Source of the DNA: Camelus ferus
Taxonomy: Eukaryota
Assembly (NCBI RefSeq): GCF_009834535.1
Contig: NC_045697.1
Location: 27,468,001 to 27,532,000, forward strand
DNA: 64,000 nt
Direction of reading: 5' to 3'
Positions 24,486-38,492 of the stretch are shown here, one piece after another. The notes under the pieces were generated by a model. The model searched no databases, had not been told where the DNA came from, and saw only the letters and a program-made list of their open reading frames with translations. The stretch's first letter is position 1; every line of letters begins with the position of its first letter. The position numbers were made by a program, and so were the translations under genes.

Positions 24486-27400
24486 TTATTTGATATGTTA
24501 AATACAAGCTCTTCTGATCTACTAATTAAAGCAAGTTCTTTAGAGCCCTCTAGGGTCTAGGGAAATCTTCGTTAGCCTCACTGAGGCTTCTTCCTTGAAC
24601 ATACAGAGGTATATTCATGGCTGTATCTTTGCAGATACATACTACATAACACATAATGTGACTTTCTAAGGAACATGTCCTGTGTCAGCCACTCTTCCGG
24701 AGTCCCTGGAGAAAGAGTTTTGTGCTGTACCCTCTCACGTGAAGGGACTACCAGACAATGCCACCCTGCACCCCGCCCCGAGCTCCCTCCGCTGGCCTGG
24801 GAAAAGCTAGCTGGCCAGAATGGCCTCACTTTTCAATGGGAAGCTGCCGGACCAGAGAGGAAGTGTCAGAACAAGATCGCTTTGACCTGGCCTCCAGAAG
24901 GAGCAGGAAAGCAAATGCTGTCTTCCCAGAGGAAACGCATCACCAGCCGTCAGAGGAGGGAGGGGATTTGATTCTCCAGTTCCTAACCGGAGAAGACAGC
25001 TCCCGCTCAAGTGGTGGCTGTGGAGGTTTCTTTGTGAATACAGTTCTTGGAGTTAGCGGGGGAGCCGGTGTGGATAAGTGACAGTTCCCACTCCCAGCAT
25101 GTTTGTTTCTCCCACAAAATACAGTTTATTTCCTCCACAGTCCTATTGTAGCTCAACTGAGATGAATACAATTTTCTCTGTTATAGGGGGTCCATAGAGA
25201 ATCTACTTCATTAGATGAAGTGGGTTTTAATTAGTCAATTAGGGAACGAGTTCTTCTTCGAGACTTAAAAACTGTTTGTCAGATTATCTCAAGGAGAATA
25301 TGGTTGGCTTTATTTATTTTGTAACTTAAAAAGAAAGTTACTTCCTGTTTATATTATTAGAAATTAATTCCATCTTAAATGTCAGTGAGGTTTAGAGATT
25401 AAGAGAGGAAAACACAATGCTTCTCTTCGGCACATCAGTCTTTTTGTTAAGATAAAAATGAATCAAGCTAGTATAACAAAATATGGAATTGTGACAATTT
25501 GTTAGGGGAAATAGATATATTGAAAGACATCTCACATCCTTAAACAGCAGCACATGGAGTTGAAGAGATGCTTGGGAGAGGGACGAAGTCTTATTTCTTC
25601 ACCCTCAGCCCTGAGCATAGCATCACCATTATGGTCTGTGCTCCATCAGTGTGTACTGATTGGAATTAAAGTCCAGCACTCGGAGTCTCCTTTATTTGAT
25701 TCTCTGTAATGAAAAGAGCTAGTCTGCTGCCTTTTTCATTCTCTGTCAGCACTAGCTCCCTCCTCAGGACCACACGGGAGCCTAGGCTCAGGACCACCTC
25801 CAGAGGGGGCAGGGCAGGAGGAGCAGAGAGCACTGGTCTCCTCCGCTCTCTATTTCCATGTGGACGGGTGAGAAGGGTCAGACCCTCAGTGGAGCTGCTG
25901 GGCGGACAACATCGAGTAGGAGCCCTTTTACTGAGCACCTGCTCCATGCACCAGGGGCTTTATTTATGAGTATTAGGAGCATGTCAGGAGCTTGACTTAC
26001 TTATTATTTGCCTGACGCAGCACATCAGGAGCTCTCTTTATTTATTATTCTTCCACTGGATCCTCAAAGGAGATTGTGAAACCACTCACATCACTCATTG
26101 CGTCTCCATCCTCAGAGGAGGAAACCCAGCCCTGTGGAGTCAGGTGGCCTGCACCAGGGAAGGACCAGGATTCCAGTCTGAGATATTATTATGGAAGCTC
26201 TTCACATGAGGCTGAACTTCCCCTTGGCAGCAGGGTTGCAGGCAGCCAGTAGAGGAATAGTGCTCCGTTTAGAATGGTACCAGGTGTTTGCAGACTTGAA
26301 CAAGGGCATGTCCAGGAACTGGAGGACAGTGGTTGATTGGGCAGGCAACCCCCCGGAGAGCTAGAAAGTGAAGCTGACCTGGGATTGAACAATCAATTGC
26401 ATGTTTGAATATTTTTTTTCCCTCCAAATTTACCCACTGAAAAGTCCTAGCGTAGGAGGGGACCTGAGAAGAGCTGTCAGGATGGAAGACATTCATTTCT
26501 TTCTCCTGCATTATTTTAAAAGGGCCTTATCTAAAGCTGCCTGGATCTGTTCACGTCTTACATGGGAAGATATGGGAGTCGCAGGCTCTTCAATTAGAAA
26601 ACCATTTCTACAGGTCAAAAGAGCCAAAGGACTCTGAGGTTCCTTTTACAGCTTCAAGAAGAAAAATTCATTTCTAAGTTCAACACCCATTCTCCTTTCC
26701 TTGACCTTAATTAAATGTCCACTTACTGTCTTTTTATCTGGTTTGCATGACCCTGAAAATGGCCACGAATGCCTTGTTAAGATGCTCGTTTCCAGCCCTC
26801 TCCCCGCTTCCTGTGGGCTGCGAATGCTCTGTTTACACTTGTCCCTGCTACCCGGGAATCAGGTGAGGAGGAACAATCCCGGGGCCCCAAGAAGAGGTGG
26901 GGGAATGGGGAGAATTCAGGGGCACAGCCATGAAAACAGGGCTGGTGGTGTGGTTTAAGGGACAGAGTCCTCTCCCTCAAAGGAGTTAGTATCTGGTGAG
27001 AGGTGCACAGGCCACTGCTGTCCAGGCCCCTGGGACATCCCAGGGGTTCCTCTGCCAGGGGCTTGATTAGGGCTCACCAGAAGCTTCCTTTTGCACCCAG
27101 AAGTTCTCTTGTTGAGTCCACCTCCTAGCCAATTCCTAATTCTAAGGCTTTTCCACTTGCCAGGGACATCTCAGGTGTTTAACTAATTAAGGAGAAAGGC
27201 TTCTTTGATGCTAACAAGGAGAGCTGTTAAGTTGCCAGGTGATTTAATGCAACTCTCTCTTCTTGGCCTGACAGGCTGAAATGAACAAGGCAGTGCAAGG
27301 AGTATAGAGGCTTTTACACCAGGCGAGCCAGTTGCTTTCTCACCAGTTCTCAGCAGATTGGGACTGTTCATGAGGAGATCGATAATACTTCCTGCAGCAG

Positions 27401-27573
27401 TGTTAAGTGCATTAAAAAAAAAAGAGACTTCTTTGAGTTTCCAAATAGTTTCCCATGATTTCCCACTCATTACCTGGAGAGATGCTGGTTTTGTCTTTTG
27501 TTTTTGTTCTTAATCCATTTTGAACCTTTGTTATTGAATTCCCATTTGGTTCCCTTGAGGACCATCCCGCTCC

Positions 27574-28032
27574 TGTGTTAGTTTTCTGGGGTCGCCGTAA
27601 GACGAAATTTGTTGTCTCACAGCTTTGGAGGCTGCAGGTCCAAGAGCAAAGTGTTGGTAGGATTGGTTCCTTCTGTGGGAGGTAAGGGAGGATCTGTTCC
27701 AGGCACCGCTCCCCAGCCTGCCTCCCCTTCCCAGCTGCTGGGGGTTTGCCTTCTGTCTTTGGCATCTCTTGGTTTGCAGATGCACCACCCTGATCTCTGT
27801 CTTCACATTTACCTGGTGCTCTCCCTGGGTGTGGGACTGTGTCTAAATTCCCCCATTTATAAGGAGACCAGTCATGGTGCATTAGGAGCCCACCCGACTC
27901 CAGCCTGACTTCTTCTTAACTAATTCCATCTGCAATGACCCGATATCCAAATAAGACCACATTCTGAAGTACTGGTGGCTAGGACTTCAACAAACGAACT
28001 GATGGGTGGGGGACACAGGTCAGCCTCTAACT
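27574..28032 (-). mobile_element. MLT1A/B-like MaLR solo LTR
   Basis: TGTGTTAGTTTTCTGGGG..TCTCACAGCTTTGGAGGCTG..TTATAAGGAGACCAGTCAT..TTAACTAATTCCATCTGCAATGACC..ACATTCTGAAGTACTGG..GGGGACACA. Confidence 0.85.
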
Positions 28033-31000
28033 CCACCTGGGGCTCTTTGACATGCTGGCTGAAAGCAGAGGCGTGGACATCCACCTGCTTGTTTCTGGTA
28101 CAGAGAAACTTTCCGGGTGCAAAACTAGAAGCAACTGGGGAGCTTTTGGAAAACAACAACAACAACAGCAAAACAGAATGCCTAGCAGGACTGCCCCTAG
28201 CATGTGCAGAGCCTGGGCAAACATGGTCTGGGGGGGACCCTGTCTGAAACAAATTGGTGACAAAGGGCATTACAAAATCCACGGGCCCATCTGAGTTACA
28301 GTAATTTATTAAACGGAAATTAGAAAAATATGTAGAAAGAACTGCTTAGGTATTTATTGTCCTGTCGGTGCATGTGACAATTCCTTGCGGAGTCCAGACA
28401 CCTGGTCTTCCTGTCCTTTATGGGCCAGTGCGCCGTTCCTGGTTAATTTCACATCTCCCACGGAAGATGGAGCAAGGCTGCCATTACAGTGCGAGGGCCC
28501 CTCAGAGCCTGGTTTGTACTGAAACAAAATAGGTCTTCTCCCTTCCGCTTTTCCATAACCCCGTTCATTTAAGGATTGCTACCTGGTTACCGGTGAGCCG
28601 CTTCATCCTTGTGTTCCTGTGAAGATGGGCTCCCCACTCTCCTCTCAAAGGTCGTCCTGCGCTCCTCCCTTGACAGTGAGCACGAAATACAAGTGTTCCC
28701 TAGCAGGCAAGAAAGTGTGAAGGATAATTGTTTTTCGGGGATGTTAAATTTGCTGTTTGAAATTTTCTAGCACAAGTGTGGAATTATCTTCCACTCTGTC
28801 CTGAACTCTCCAGACCGTAATCATTGCCTTCCTAGACTCTGATCTCTGCCCATGGGCACCCCACCCCTGCCACATACCCCACAGCCCAGAGGGTCGTGGC
28901 TGGGATGAAAGTGAAGAGAGCAGTCCCATTCCTGCAAAAACTAGGACGGCCTTCGCAGGCACCAGAGTAAACTTACTTCTAGAAGAGTGTTTGGAAAATA
29001 CTGTCACTGTGGTCAAACCCGGCCAACACATAAGCATGAGTGTGAAAAATCACTTGTACGTTCAGAGATGGGACTGTGGTCTCCACCCTTCTTTGAAAGG
29101 CTTTCTAGTTCTCAAGCTGGGTACAAACTGCCTTTCCCTTACTCAGTGGGTCAACATGGAACTTCTCTCTTCGTGGAAGACTAAGTTTATCTGACAATGT
29201 ATGTTTGGAAAGTCAACTAATCTTACTAGAAATTAAAAACTTTATTTTAATTTTGAAACATGAGACTGTTATAAACCATAATGCATAATTTGCACAATTA
29301 AAAAAAAATAAGTATCTATGACATTTCATGCTACCTGAAATGAATGTAATGCCATATGTCAATTCATTCTCAATAACACATTTTAAAATATTTCATACCT
29401 GTACTGGATGCTTTGGACTAGCCTGCTATTCACTCTAATCTCCTGTATGAGTTGTTAGGAAAATTTGAGACCCCTGGAAACTAGTGGGTTGAGCCTGCTC
29501 CTCCATGATTTAAATGACTTTGAATATGCTTCTCCCCTGCTAGGGTTGCTTTTTTCTTAATAGGTTACCTGATAGACTCCTATTTGCACCTCAAAACCCA
29601 CCTCAGATCTCCCCATGCCCCACCCCTACTCCACACACCTTTCTTTGCCTACCAGTTACAGGTTATCACCATCTTCTCTGTAGTATGTATAGTACATAAC
29701 TCTACTTTTATGCTTATTCCATGTTTGTGTAATATACTTGTTCATGCATCTCTTTCATTCATCAGACTGGACTGTCTTTGAAGGCAGGATTTATTTTTAT
29801 CCACTCCTCTTGCCAATGCTTAGCCCTAGGCCTGATATAGAGCAGATCTCAGTAAGAGTTTGTTGATTAAAAGCAATATTTTCTTTACTTCTTAAAGAAT
29901 AACTGAAAAATCCCAACTGCTCCAAGTTGCTGCTACTTGAAATCCAAAAGAAGATTGTTACTGTTTTTTCCCAAGTCAGCTGCGTGACTCTGATGTGTCC
30001 AGAACACACTGGAGTTGCCCTGGCAGGGGGCTCAGGGAGGGACTGTCACTAGATCCTGGCCCCTTAGTGGGAGGGAGAGAGAAGGGCATTGAAGGAGGGA
30101 CAGTCCAGCAGCTGGCCCAGCGGTAGGGCTGTCAGCTCCTCCCTCCTCTGTCCCTCCCAGGCTCTTCGAGCAGCTCTGTGCTTACAGCCATTTGGACAAG
30201 CCCTGGCATTGTTTGCCTCTAGGGTAGGGTCAGAGGCCTCGTAGGAATGGCATGATTCGACTTCCTTAAATAGTGACTTGGGAATGAAATGAGTAACCGT
30301 GTCTTTAATTAGCCATACCCCAGAGGCCCGGAGGGGGCTGGTAAATGGTGGGCTCCCAGCCAAAATCAGCAACGTGCGGCTGGTTCCTGGTCCAGGGAGA
30401 CTTAGTGGGATGTTTTATTTGCCTGTCTCCCCTGAGCTGTCCTGTCAGCCCCTGCTCCGTTCTGCCATCATGTCAGCCTGATGGGCTGCTCAGGGCCGAC
30501 AGAAGGAAAGAAGTGAGGAAAAAAGCTAACCTTTTTTGAGCATCTCTCATGCACCAGGCTCTGTGCCAGATGCTGGGAGCAGCAACATGAAAGATGGGAG
30601 AAGCCCAGGGACGTAACCCAGGGAAAGTATGACCCGTGGAGTCCAGTCCCAGAGCAGCGTCAGAGAGACAGGGTCCCAGCCACTGAAGGATCCTTCAGAA
30701 TAATTTAAGCCCTTTACTTGTACTTTCAAACTCTGTAGAGAGACTCCTCATGGAGAGCCCGGAGCTGCCCTCAATACACCCTCTTTCCTTTTCTACCCTC
30801 TTCCTCATGCCCTGAGCCTGCCTTGGCACTTTTTCTTGAAAAATCCCCAGAAGACTGCCCTGATCTATATCCTTTTCCCCTTTGTATCTCTTAGAGAAAA
30901 TATGTTTCTGGTTCTAGCCCCCATGCCCTCATCTCTTCTAAACACCTCTTCTTTCCTCTTTCTCGTCCATCTTCTCTCCCCAGCCTTGGTTCCATGTGAT

Positions 31001-31859
31001 AGTAGAGAAAGGAAGACTCCTGCCCCAGAAGACCTCTGTGCTCAGAGAGAGGGAAACAGCTGGGCATCAAGTGGGGAGAGGCTTTCCAGCTCTAGGTTAG
31101 GAGACCGCAGCCAGGCTGGAGCCCTGGAGGTTAATAATCCTTCTCCTGTCACCCAGGAGACACCCACCCATCGTAAGCCACGTGGAAGCCAGCATGCAGC
31201 CAAGATGTGGGGGAAGGAATGACAGACCCTATCTGGCTCTGAGGGGTTGCTTCCTGCTCTGTGCTACCTCCTGACCTCCAGGCTTTCCGGAAGGGAACAT
31301 GATTGCAGATGAGGGGCCAGAAACCCTCCTTTCAGTGATTTATACTAAAATCCTAGGGTCCAACCAGGGCCTGGATGAAGGCTGTCAAGGAGCTGGTAGG
31401 GCCAGACAGATAGATGGCCCTACCTAGCAGGGGAAGAGAATGCAAATACAGCCACTGTGCTGTGGCTGGAAGGTAAATTTACTCCCTCCCTGGGGCAGGT
31501 CTGGGCAGGGCTGGGCAGGTCAGGGTGGGTTTTGCCCAGACTGACTCTGGTACTCCTAGCGATGAGGTGGAGAGCCCGACTGTAAACAAGGGTTTCTCAG
31601 AAAGCCCTTTCACCTTGCTCTTTATTCAGTCCCCCTAGTCCTTAGGGGATTCATTCTCAAATGGGCACTCAGCCTGGGCTCAGTGTCCTAATTTCTTCAC
31701 TCCCTCTGCCTCTCAGCTCACACACAAAGTTGTGCTCCTGGGATGTTAAATATTGCATTGTGCCGAAATAGCGTTTGGAGCTGTGATTTATAGGAATGGT
31801 GTTGCTGGTGTGAACATGGCACCGAGAATTCCATAAAGCAATCTTGGGAGACAGAAAGT

Positions 31860-31980
31860 AAGGACCCTCCGGAGCATCAGCATCACCCCGGAACTTGTTA
31901 GAAATGCAAATTCTTGGGCCCCATCCCAGACGTACAGAACCAGCCGGCAGTGCTACAGAACACAGCAATTTGTGTCTAAT
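31860..31980 (+). mobile_element. MER5A hAT-Charlie fragment
   Basis: AGCATCAGCATCACCCCGGAACTTGTTAGAAATGCAAATTCTTGGGCCCCATCCCAGAC is the MER5A signature. Confidence 0.85.
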
Positions 31981-32559
31981 GTTCAGCTGAGCTACAGAGC
32001 AGCTTAAGGTCGCGGTGTCAACCAGTGAGGAGTAGAATTGAGCCCCTGGGCTGAGCAGGGGCTTCCAAGGCTGGGAAAACATTGTTTACCTAAGGGCCTC
32101 CTCTCCAAACGGATACAAAAAGCACTGTCTGTCCTTTTCCGGGAGTGGTGTCAACTTGACAAAACGCCAAAAGTATTGCAACAGAGGCAGAACTCTGACT
32201 TTATCGGACAGGCAAATGAACCTTTGCTCTCCGAGGGTGGGAAGAATGGGGGCCTGGACTGGGATGTGGACAGGGCTCCCCAGGGCACACGGTGACTCCA
32301 CCCGGAGGGGCTGCGGTTCTGGGTGTGAGGAATGCACTCTCCGCAGTGCCCGCTGCACGAACAGCCCCACTCCTTCCCACCTGTTTCTCAGAAGCTGCCC
32401 CGCCTCATTCTTCTCCACATCCCCCTGGAGCTGAGCAGGAGGAAGTGGACTGGAAGAGAAGGAGGAGGCATTTGAATTCGCTCGAAGGGACTTTCTCAAG
32501 GCAAAGCCTGGAACAGATTTTTCTGGGCAGGTTGCACAATCTCCCTGGGGCATCTCTCT

Positions 32560-32800
32560 TAGGGGCCAGGGAGTGTAAGCAGTTGAAGCTGGAGCCTGAA
32601 CTGGGCTCCATCCTGGCTTTTCTGGGATCCGGCTCTGTGACCTAGGGAAGATTACTTAACCTCTCGGTGCCTTCATTATCTTGGTTATAAATTGGGAGTC
32701 ATCATGGCGAGACGCTCATAGATACTTGGGAGAATGAAATTAGAAAGTCCTAAGTGAGCACTAATCTGGCCTGTAAGGGTCCACCAGATATTAACTATCA
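32560..32800 (+). mobile_element. MIR SINE
   Basis: CTGTGACCTAGGGAAGATTACTTAACCTCTCGGTGCCT core. Confidence 0.7.
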
Positions 32801-34894
32801 GCTACTGTCAGTGTCTAATATGGTGCTGGCACTCCAGGCGTGCTTGCTGGATGAGCAACTGGACCCACAGCCCCCGTCTGGAGCAGCCAGAAGACCACCA
32901 GAAATATATTCCACTGCTATTTTGGATCCCCTTACATTCGAACAATTTCGTGACCAGGGGAGTGGTTGGCTTAATGAAACTCTAAGCAGGCATTTTTTCA
33001 TGGTGGTTCCGTATTTCTGGACTGTCTTCTCTTTTCTGCTCTGCTGTCATCCAGTAGGCTGTTAGTGGGGCATCAGAGTGACTTAAATTGCTCCCATGGA
33101 CAGAGGGAGGAAACAATGAAAAAGAAATGGGAAATGAGGCTTCTTGGGTAGAATTACAAGGCTTAACACCAGGTTGCATTTACTGACAAGACGAGGCTGA
33201 AAGTCTCTTATCAGGTCGTGGGAAGAGTGACCCCTTATGTGTCCCCCACCCCTCCCTCCATGCATTCTGTCCACGCCCATTTCTGGTAGGGGGCTCCTTT
33301 CCTTGGCGGAGATGCTTAGAGGAAGAGAGGCTGGGGTTTTTCACCCACACGTGGACTCACAGAGAAAGGCGCCCTCTACAGCATGCCAGACAGGGGGCCA
33401 TTTGATTACCTGGAGATCTGTACTCTTCAAATGCCTTTATGCCACATAATGTAGGTGGTTTCTTTCCACTGTTGGTCCCGGGCATTTTAGTGATGCTGTT
33501 AAGGAAATCTAGAGCAGGTGCAGGGGGTGGGGGGCAGGAATGTTCAGAGACTGCTCTGGGGTCCTCGCCTGCAATATCCTCTAGCCTGCAGGGGAGCAGG
33601 ACTGGGAGCCCAGTAGCTCCAGCAATCTGGAATGCATGCTTCTGGTTTTACCCAAGTGGCCTGATCTCCCCTGTGGACAAATCACCCAATTCCTGCAGTA
33701 ACCCCTCTCCCTCCTCCCCACCCCCTGCAGGGACCCCAGCTCACCCTGATGGCTGGAAGTTCCTCTGTGGCTGACACTAGAACTTTTGCTCGTGAGGTGA
33801 GCTTTTAAGAAAACGCAACATTTAAAAACAGGACTTCAGAAAACAGATGCGCTGGGGAAGTGGATGATTATTTGTATTTTCTATATATAGGAAAGAGCCA
33901 GTGTACAACAGAATTATTTTTATATGCTATTTTTTCCAGAGCTCAGTACAGCCATCCACTCTAATTACGCCTATAAGCGTTTATTTTTATAGCATCTCCT
34001 TTCTCCTTCCTTGGGGGTCAGACGTGAGCTTTTTCAGACTCTCTCTTCTGCTTCTTTTATGACCTTCAGCAGTGCCTGGCTCTGTGCTCGGCCCTCAACA
34101 GGCCCAGCCAGTGATCCAGACAGAGGGTTGTACTCAGGCCTGAGATGGGGCAGCTGTACGTATGGGTGTCTTGGAGCTGCAGCCTACACCTTGTCGTTCC
34201 AGGATCGGGCTGCTGAGATAAGCAATCTTGACTCCTCTCAAGGTGGCCGGGCAATCAAAGAGCCAGGCAGGCCCACCTGGCCTCCTCGCTTGGCTAGGAT
34301 AATCTGTGCAAAGTTGGAAACAGCCCGAGTGTGTTCTGCATGTGTCTGTGTGTGAACCTGTTCCTCTGTGACTTGAAGACAGGCAAAGCGTGAAGTGTGA
34401 AAAACACATGGGCCATAAGGAAGAGAGCTCTGTGTAGTCCCCCTGTCTGGCTTTCCACCTCTCGGATTAAGAGGGATTTATTTGGCTTTGATGGAGTCCT
34501 ATGTCTGTATCTAAAGGAGTTGTTTAAAAATGGAGCTTGTATCTCTGCGGATCGTGAGGGTTCTGCTGTCAGCATGGACCACTTAGTTAGGGATTCTGTG
34601 CTGCCTGGGCGTGGTGCCCACGGTGACGCTTCATCTTTAAGCCCCGAAAGTCCCCACCACACCCTAATTTGCTGCTCTTCAAACCTTCTGCCTTTGGAGC
34701 CTTTGCTGACACTGTCTGTCTAAGCAGGAAGCCCTTGCCCTCTGTCCAGGTGGCCAGCCCCTGGAGGGGTTGGAAAGCTTCTTTAGTATCTCCAGGGCTG
34801 AGGACGATGCTGGGCATAGAGAAGATACTCAGTAGTGGTCTATCAGTGAGTGGATGGATGCACAGCTCTCTCACCACACCTGATCTGCCTGCCT

Positions 34895-35150
34895 TGCATT
34901 CAGGGAAACGTACTAAATGCTTACTCTCTGCCAGGCCTTATTCTAGGTACTTGGGATACATCAGAACAGACAACAGTCTCTGCCTTTATGGAGAGAGATT
35001 ACATTCTAGTGGGGGTGACAGATAAAAAACAACATATAAACAGCTTATATGGTATACTACAGGGTGATGAGTGCCCTGGGCAAGCAGGAAGGGGCAGACT
35101 GGAAGTGGGTGGGGGGCGGTTGGGCAGGTTGTGATGGTAAAGAGTGCGGT
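34895..35150 (-). mobile_element. L2 3' fragment
   Basis: TACTAAATGCTTACTCTCTGCCAGGCCTTATTCTAGGTACTTGGGATACATCAG..CATTCTAGTGGGG. Confidence 0.7.
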
Positions 35151-36175
35151 CAGGGCAGCCTGAGCTGGAGTGACTGGGTCCCTCATCTGATCTCCTGTAA
35201 CACTTCATCTGAACCTTCCCTCTGGCATCATTGCCTATTCCTTGTCCTCATATATTCATCTAAGTACGCATATCCACAGCCACACGTAGATGGAGACATG
35301 TGTTATAGCTATGCTGGCTCAGTTACTAGGCTGTCAGCATCCAGAAGTGGCTTCCATGCCTGATTAGTATTAGCATCCTTCTCAGCATCTAACACACAAT
35401 AGACGTTCCATAAGAAGTGCTCAAATGAATGAGTGCTTAATGATTGATTTGCTGAAGAGAATTATACGGACTCATTTTTTTGCCCTTCTTACAGAAATAA
35501 CAACCATCATAGTGACTGTTTTGTACACATACACAACTTGCTGTCTTTGAGTGAGGTATCAAATACCTCTGGGTACTTTAGGAAGAGCATTCACCCTTAA
35601 ATTTGGCTCAAGGGTTGACGTGAATCCGTGGCCTTTAAGAAGGAGTGGGAATGAGCAGGAGCACCTGCGGCGGGAGGGCTTTTTGTTGTGAAGGGTCTGC
35701 TCGGCTGAGCTGCCTCCATCCTTGCAGCCTGGCCGGGCAGGCTCGGGTAAGTGTTTTTGCTTCAGGGAACTGATTCACGCTTTGGTCCCTAAAGCCTGAA
35801 CTTCTGTTTTACAAAAGGTGGTGATATATGGACCCAGGGGAAACAATGGGATTAGGGCAGGTAAATCCCTGTTTGGGAGGGAAGCCAGGTGCAGGGAGCT
35901 GGGTGGGTAGCAGGCATGGGGGGTGCATGCCTGGGCACTGATGCAAACTGATCTGGGGAGCAGACCTCCCCCAGCCCTCTTGGCTCTTCTCAAGGAGGGG
36001 GACGATGGGTCTTGAATGCTCCTGAGAAACTTAGAAGGGATTTACACTCCTCAGAGATCCTCTGTGTGGTGATATATCCGGTTTGAAATTCCTAAAGGAG
36101 AATAATAAAAATAATGCTGTGAATAAAATAGCTCCCATTTACTTACTGCAGACCAGTCTTCATGTTTATTTCACA

Positions 36176-36318
36176 CAGTCGGTCCTCCACATCTCCAGAC
36201 ACAGCAGGCTGACTGTACTGCCCCGTTTTGTATCAGGGGCTTGAGCATCCATGGATTTTGGTATCTGAGGTGGGGATGTCCTGGGAACCAATCCCCTGCG
36301 GAAAGTGAGGGCCGACTA
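36176..36318 (+). mobile_element. MER2-like (TcMar-Tigger) MITE inserted in a minus-strand MIR (~36105-36500)
   Basis: TIRs CAGTCGGTCCTC..GAGGGCCGACT and body CTTGAGCATCCATGGATTTTGGTATC..GGAACCAATCCCC. MIR sequence lies on both sides. Confidence 0.8.
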
Positions 36319-36827
36319 CATTCACTATCTCAAGCTTAAGTCTCATAGCCACTCTGGGAGGCAAGGGTCACCAGTCCATTTTTTGTGGACGAGGAGACAG
36401 ACACTTGGAGATGCCAGTTCAACCAAAGTTGTCCAGAGAGTAAATGGCAAAACGAGGGTTTGACTGCAGGCCTGTCTGATTCTAAAACATGACCTCATAA
36501 CTGCTAATGGAGAAGAGAAATTTTTTCTTAGAAAATGTGGCAGAGGCCCTTCAACATGGTAATTGTGGAGACCATAGACTCAATGGGGGTGTAAGAGGAG
36601 TTGACTTTGTGTAGCAACGTGTGCTACGATGACAGTTAAGAAGGGACAAAGTGGGACATGTGTGATGGCTGTAACAAGTGAGGCCACTATGCACGTGAGC
36701 AGGTCCTAGTAAGATGTGGCAAAAATGACAAAGTTTGAGTGAGCTTCGTGAGATCATGGAGGGCTTGGTTTTTTGAAATTTCCTTTAATATTATTGAGAG
36801 ATATTTCTAATTAAAGCTTCTCAGAGA

Positions 36828-37333
36828 TGGAAACTGGACTTATGGTGATCATTTTGAAATGTATAGAAATATCAAATCACTATGCTATATACCAGAAACT
36901 AACAGTGTTATAGGTCAATTATACTTCAAAAACAAACAAACAAATACAGGAAAAAAAAAATCAGATTTGTGGGTACCAGATGTGAGGGTCGGGGGAGAGG
37001 GAACTGGATGAAGACAATCAAAAGGTAGAAACTTCCAATTGTAAGATAAGTACTAGGGTCGCAATGTGCAACATGAGAAGTGTAATTAACACTGCTTCTA
37101 TGATACATATGAAAGTTAAGATAGCAGTAAATCCTGAGTTCTCATCACAAGAAAAAAATCTATTTTCTGTTTTTAAAATTTCATATCTATATGAAATGAT
37201 GGATTTTCACGAAACTCATTGTAATCGTTTTGTGATGTATGTAAGTTAGATCATTATGCTGTGTACCAGTGCTATATGTCAACTCTATCTCAGTAAAAAT
37301 ATGGGAGAAACATAGAAGAAAAATATGTTGAAA
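36828..37333 (+). mobile_element. 5'-truncated L1 3' UTR
   Basis: Homologous to 48810-49290. Degenerate TSD AAAGCTTCTCAGAGA (36813) / AAACCTTGTCAGATA (37334). Confidence 0.85.
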
Positions 37334-38062
37334 AAACCTTGTCAGATACACTGAGACTGCTTCTTAAAGGTCATGGAGAATGTCTTATTTTAGTGTAACG
37401 TTTGTCCAAATTGAGTTAATAAGTGGTTAGCCAACCCAGTGTTCTCCACTCTGAGGCAGGGGACTTTTGTGGATGAGTTGAGAGCACATGCAGCCAAACC
37501 TCCAGCTTCCTCAGCCTCTCCCAGAGTCTCTAAGAAGCCCTGCAAAGGGAGGATAAAGTTGGGTCTTCTCTCTTCTCTCCTGGAGATGTTCCAAAGAGGA
37601 GGGAACTGGCCCCAGGACAGCTGGTACCAGGAATTGCCTCAGCTGGACTGTCTGACTCTGGGAAGTTCAGACAGCTCTGTACTCACTTTGGGCTTTGAGG
37701 AGACTTGAAAAATGTAGAGTCTTGTCCAGGCCACATTGAACTTGCTTCCTTAAGTCTAATGGGTGATTTACCAGCTGCTGCATTTGGTGTGTGAGGTCCT
37801 CGGGTTGCCTCCTGCCCAGTTTCCCACACACAGTGCCGTTGGCTACCTTCCTGTGACGTCTGTCCTTGCCCTGTGCCCTCACTCTCCTGCATCACCCAGG
37901 ATCACGTGACTGGTTGAGTGGGTGTGAGAATGTTTTTATTCTCCTTTCTCCGGTTCACCTGCTTTTTCTTCTGGGCTTTTTTATTTTGTGCTGCCCTTGC
38001 TCTCCTCCCTAACCCCATCATGCACAACACACAAGCATGAGCACGTGCAGTATGTTTATCCC

Positions 38063-38492
38063 CCCTTTTTTTAAAATGGAAGAACAGTTGATTTACAGTG
38101 TTGTGTTAGTTTCAGGTGTACAGCAAAGTGATTCAATTATACACACACATATTCAATAAAAGAATATATATGTATATATTCTTTTTTAGATTCTTTTTTA
38201 GATTCTTTTCCATTATAGGTTATTACAAGATATTGAAATAGTTCTCTGTGCTATACAGTAGGTCCCTGTTGTTTATCTATTTTATGTTTAGTAGTGTGTA
38301 TCTGTTAATCTCAAACTCCTAATTTATCCCTCCTCTCTTCCCTCTTTGGTAACCATAAGTTTGTTTTCTATGTCTGTGAGTTTGTTTTTGTTTTGTAAAT
38401 AAGTTTCTTTGTATAATTTTTTTAGATTGCACATACAAGTGATATCATGTAATATTTGTCTTTCTCTACCTGACTGAGTTCACTTAATATGA
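38063..38492 (-). mobile_element. 5'-truncated L1 3' end
   Basis: GTTGATTTACAGTGTTGTGTTAGTTTCAGGTGTACAGCAAAGTGATTCA L1 tail. 12-bp TSD TATGTTTATCCC at 38051-38062 and 38493-38504. Confidence 0.9.
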
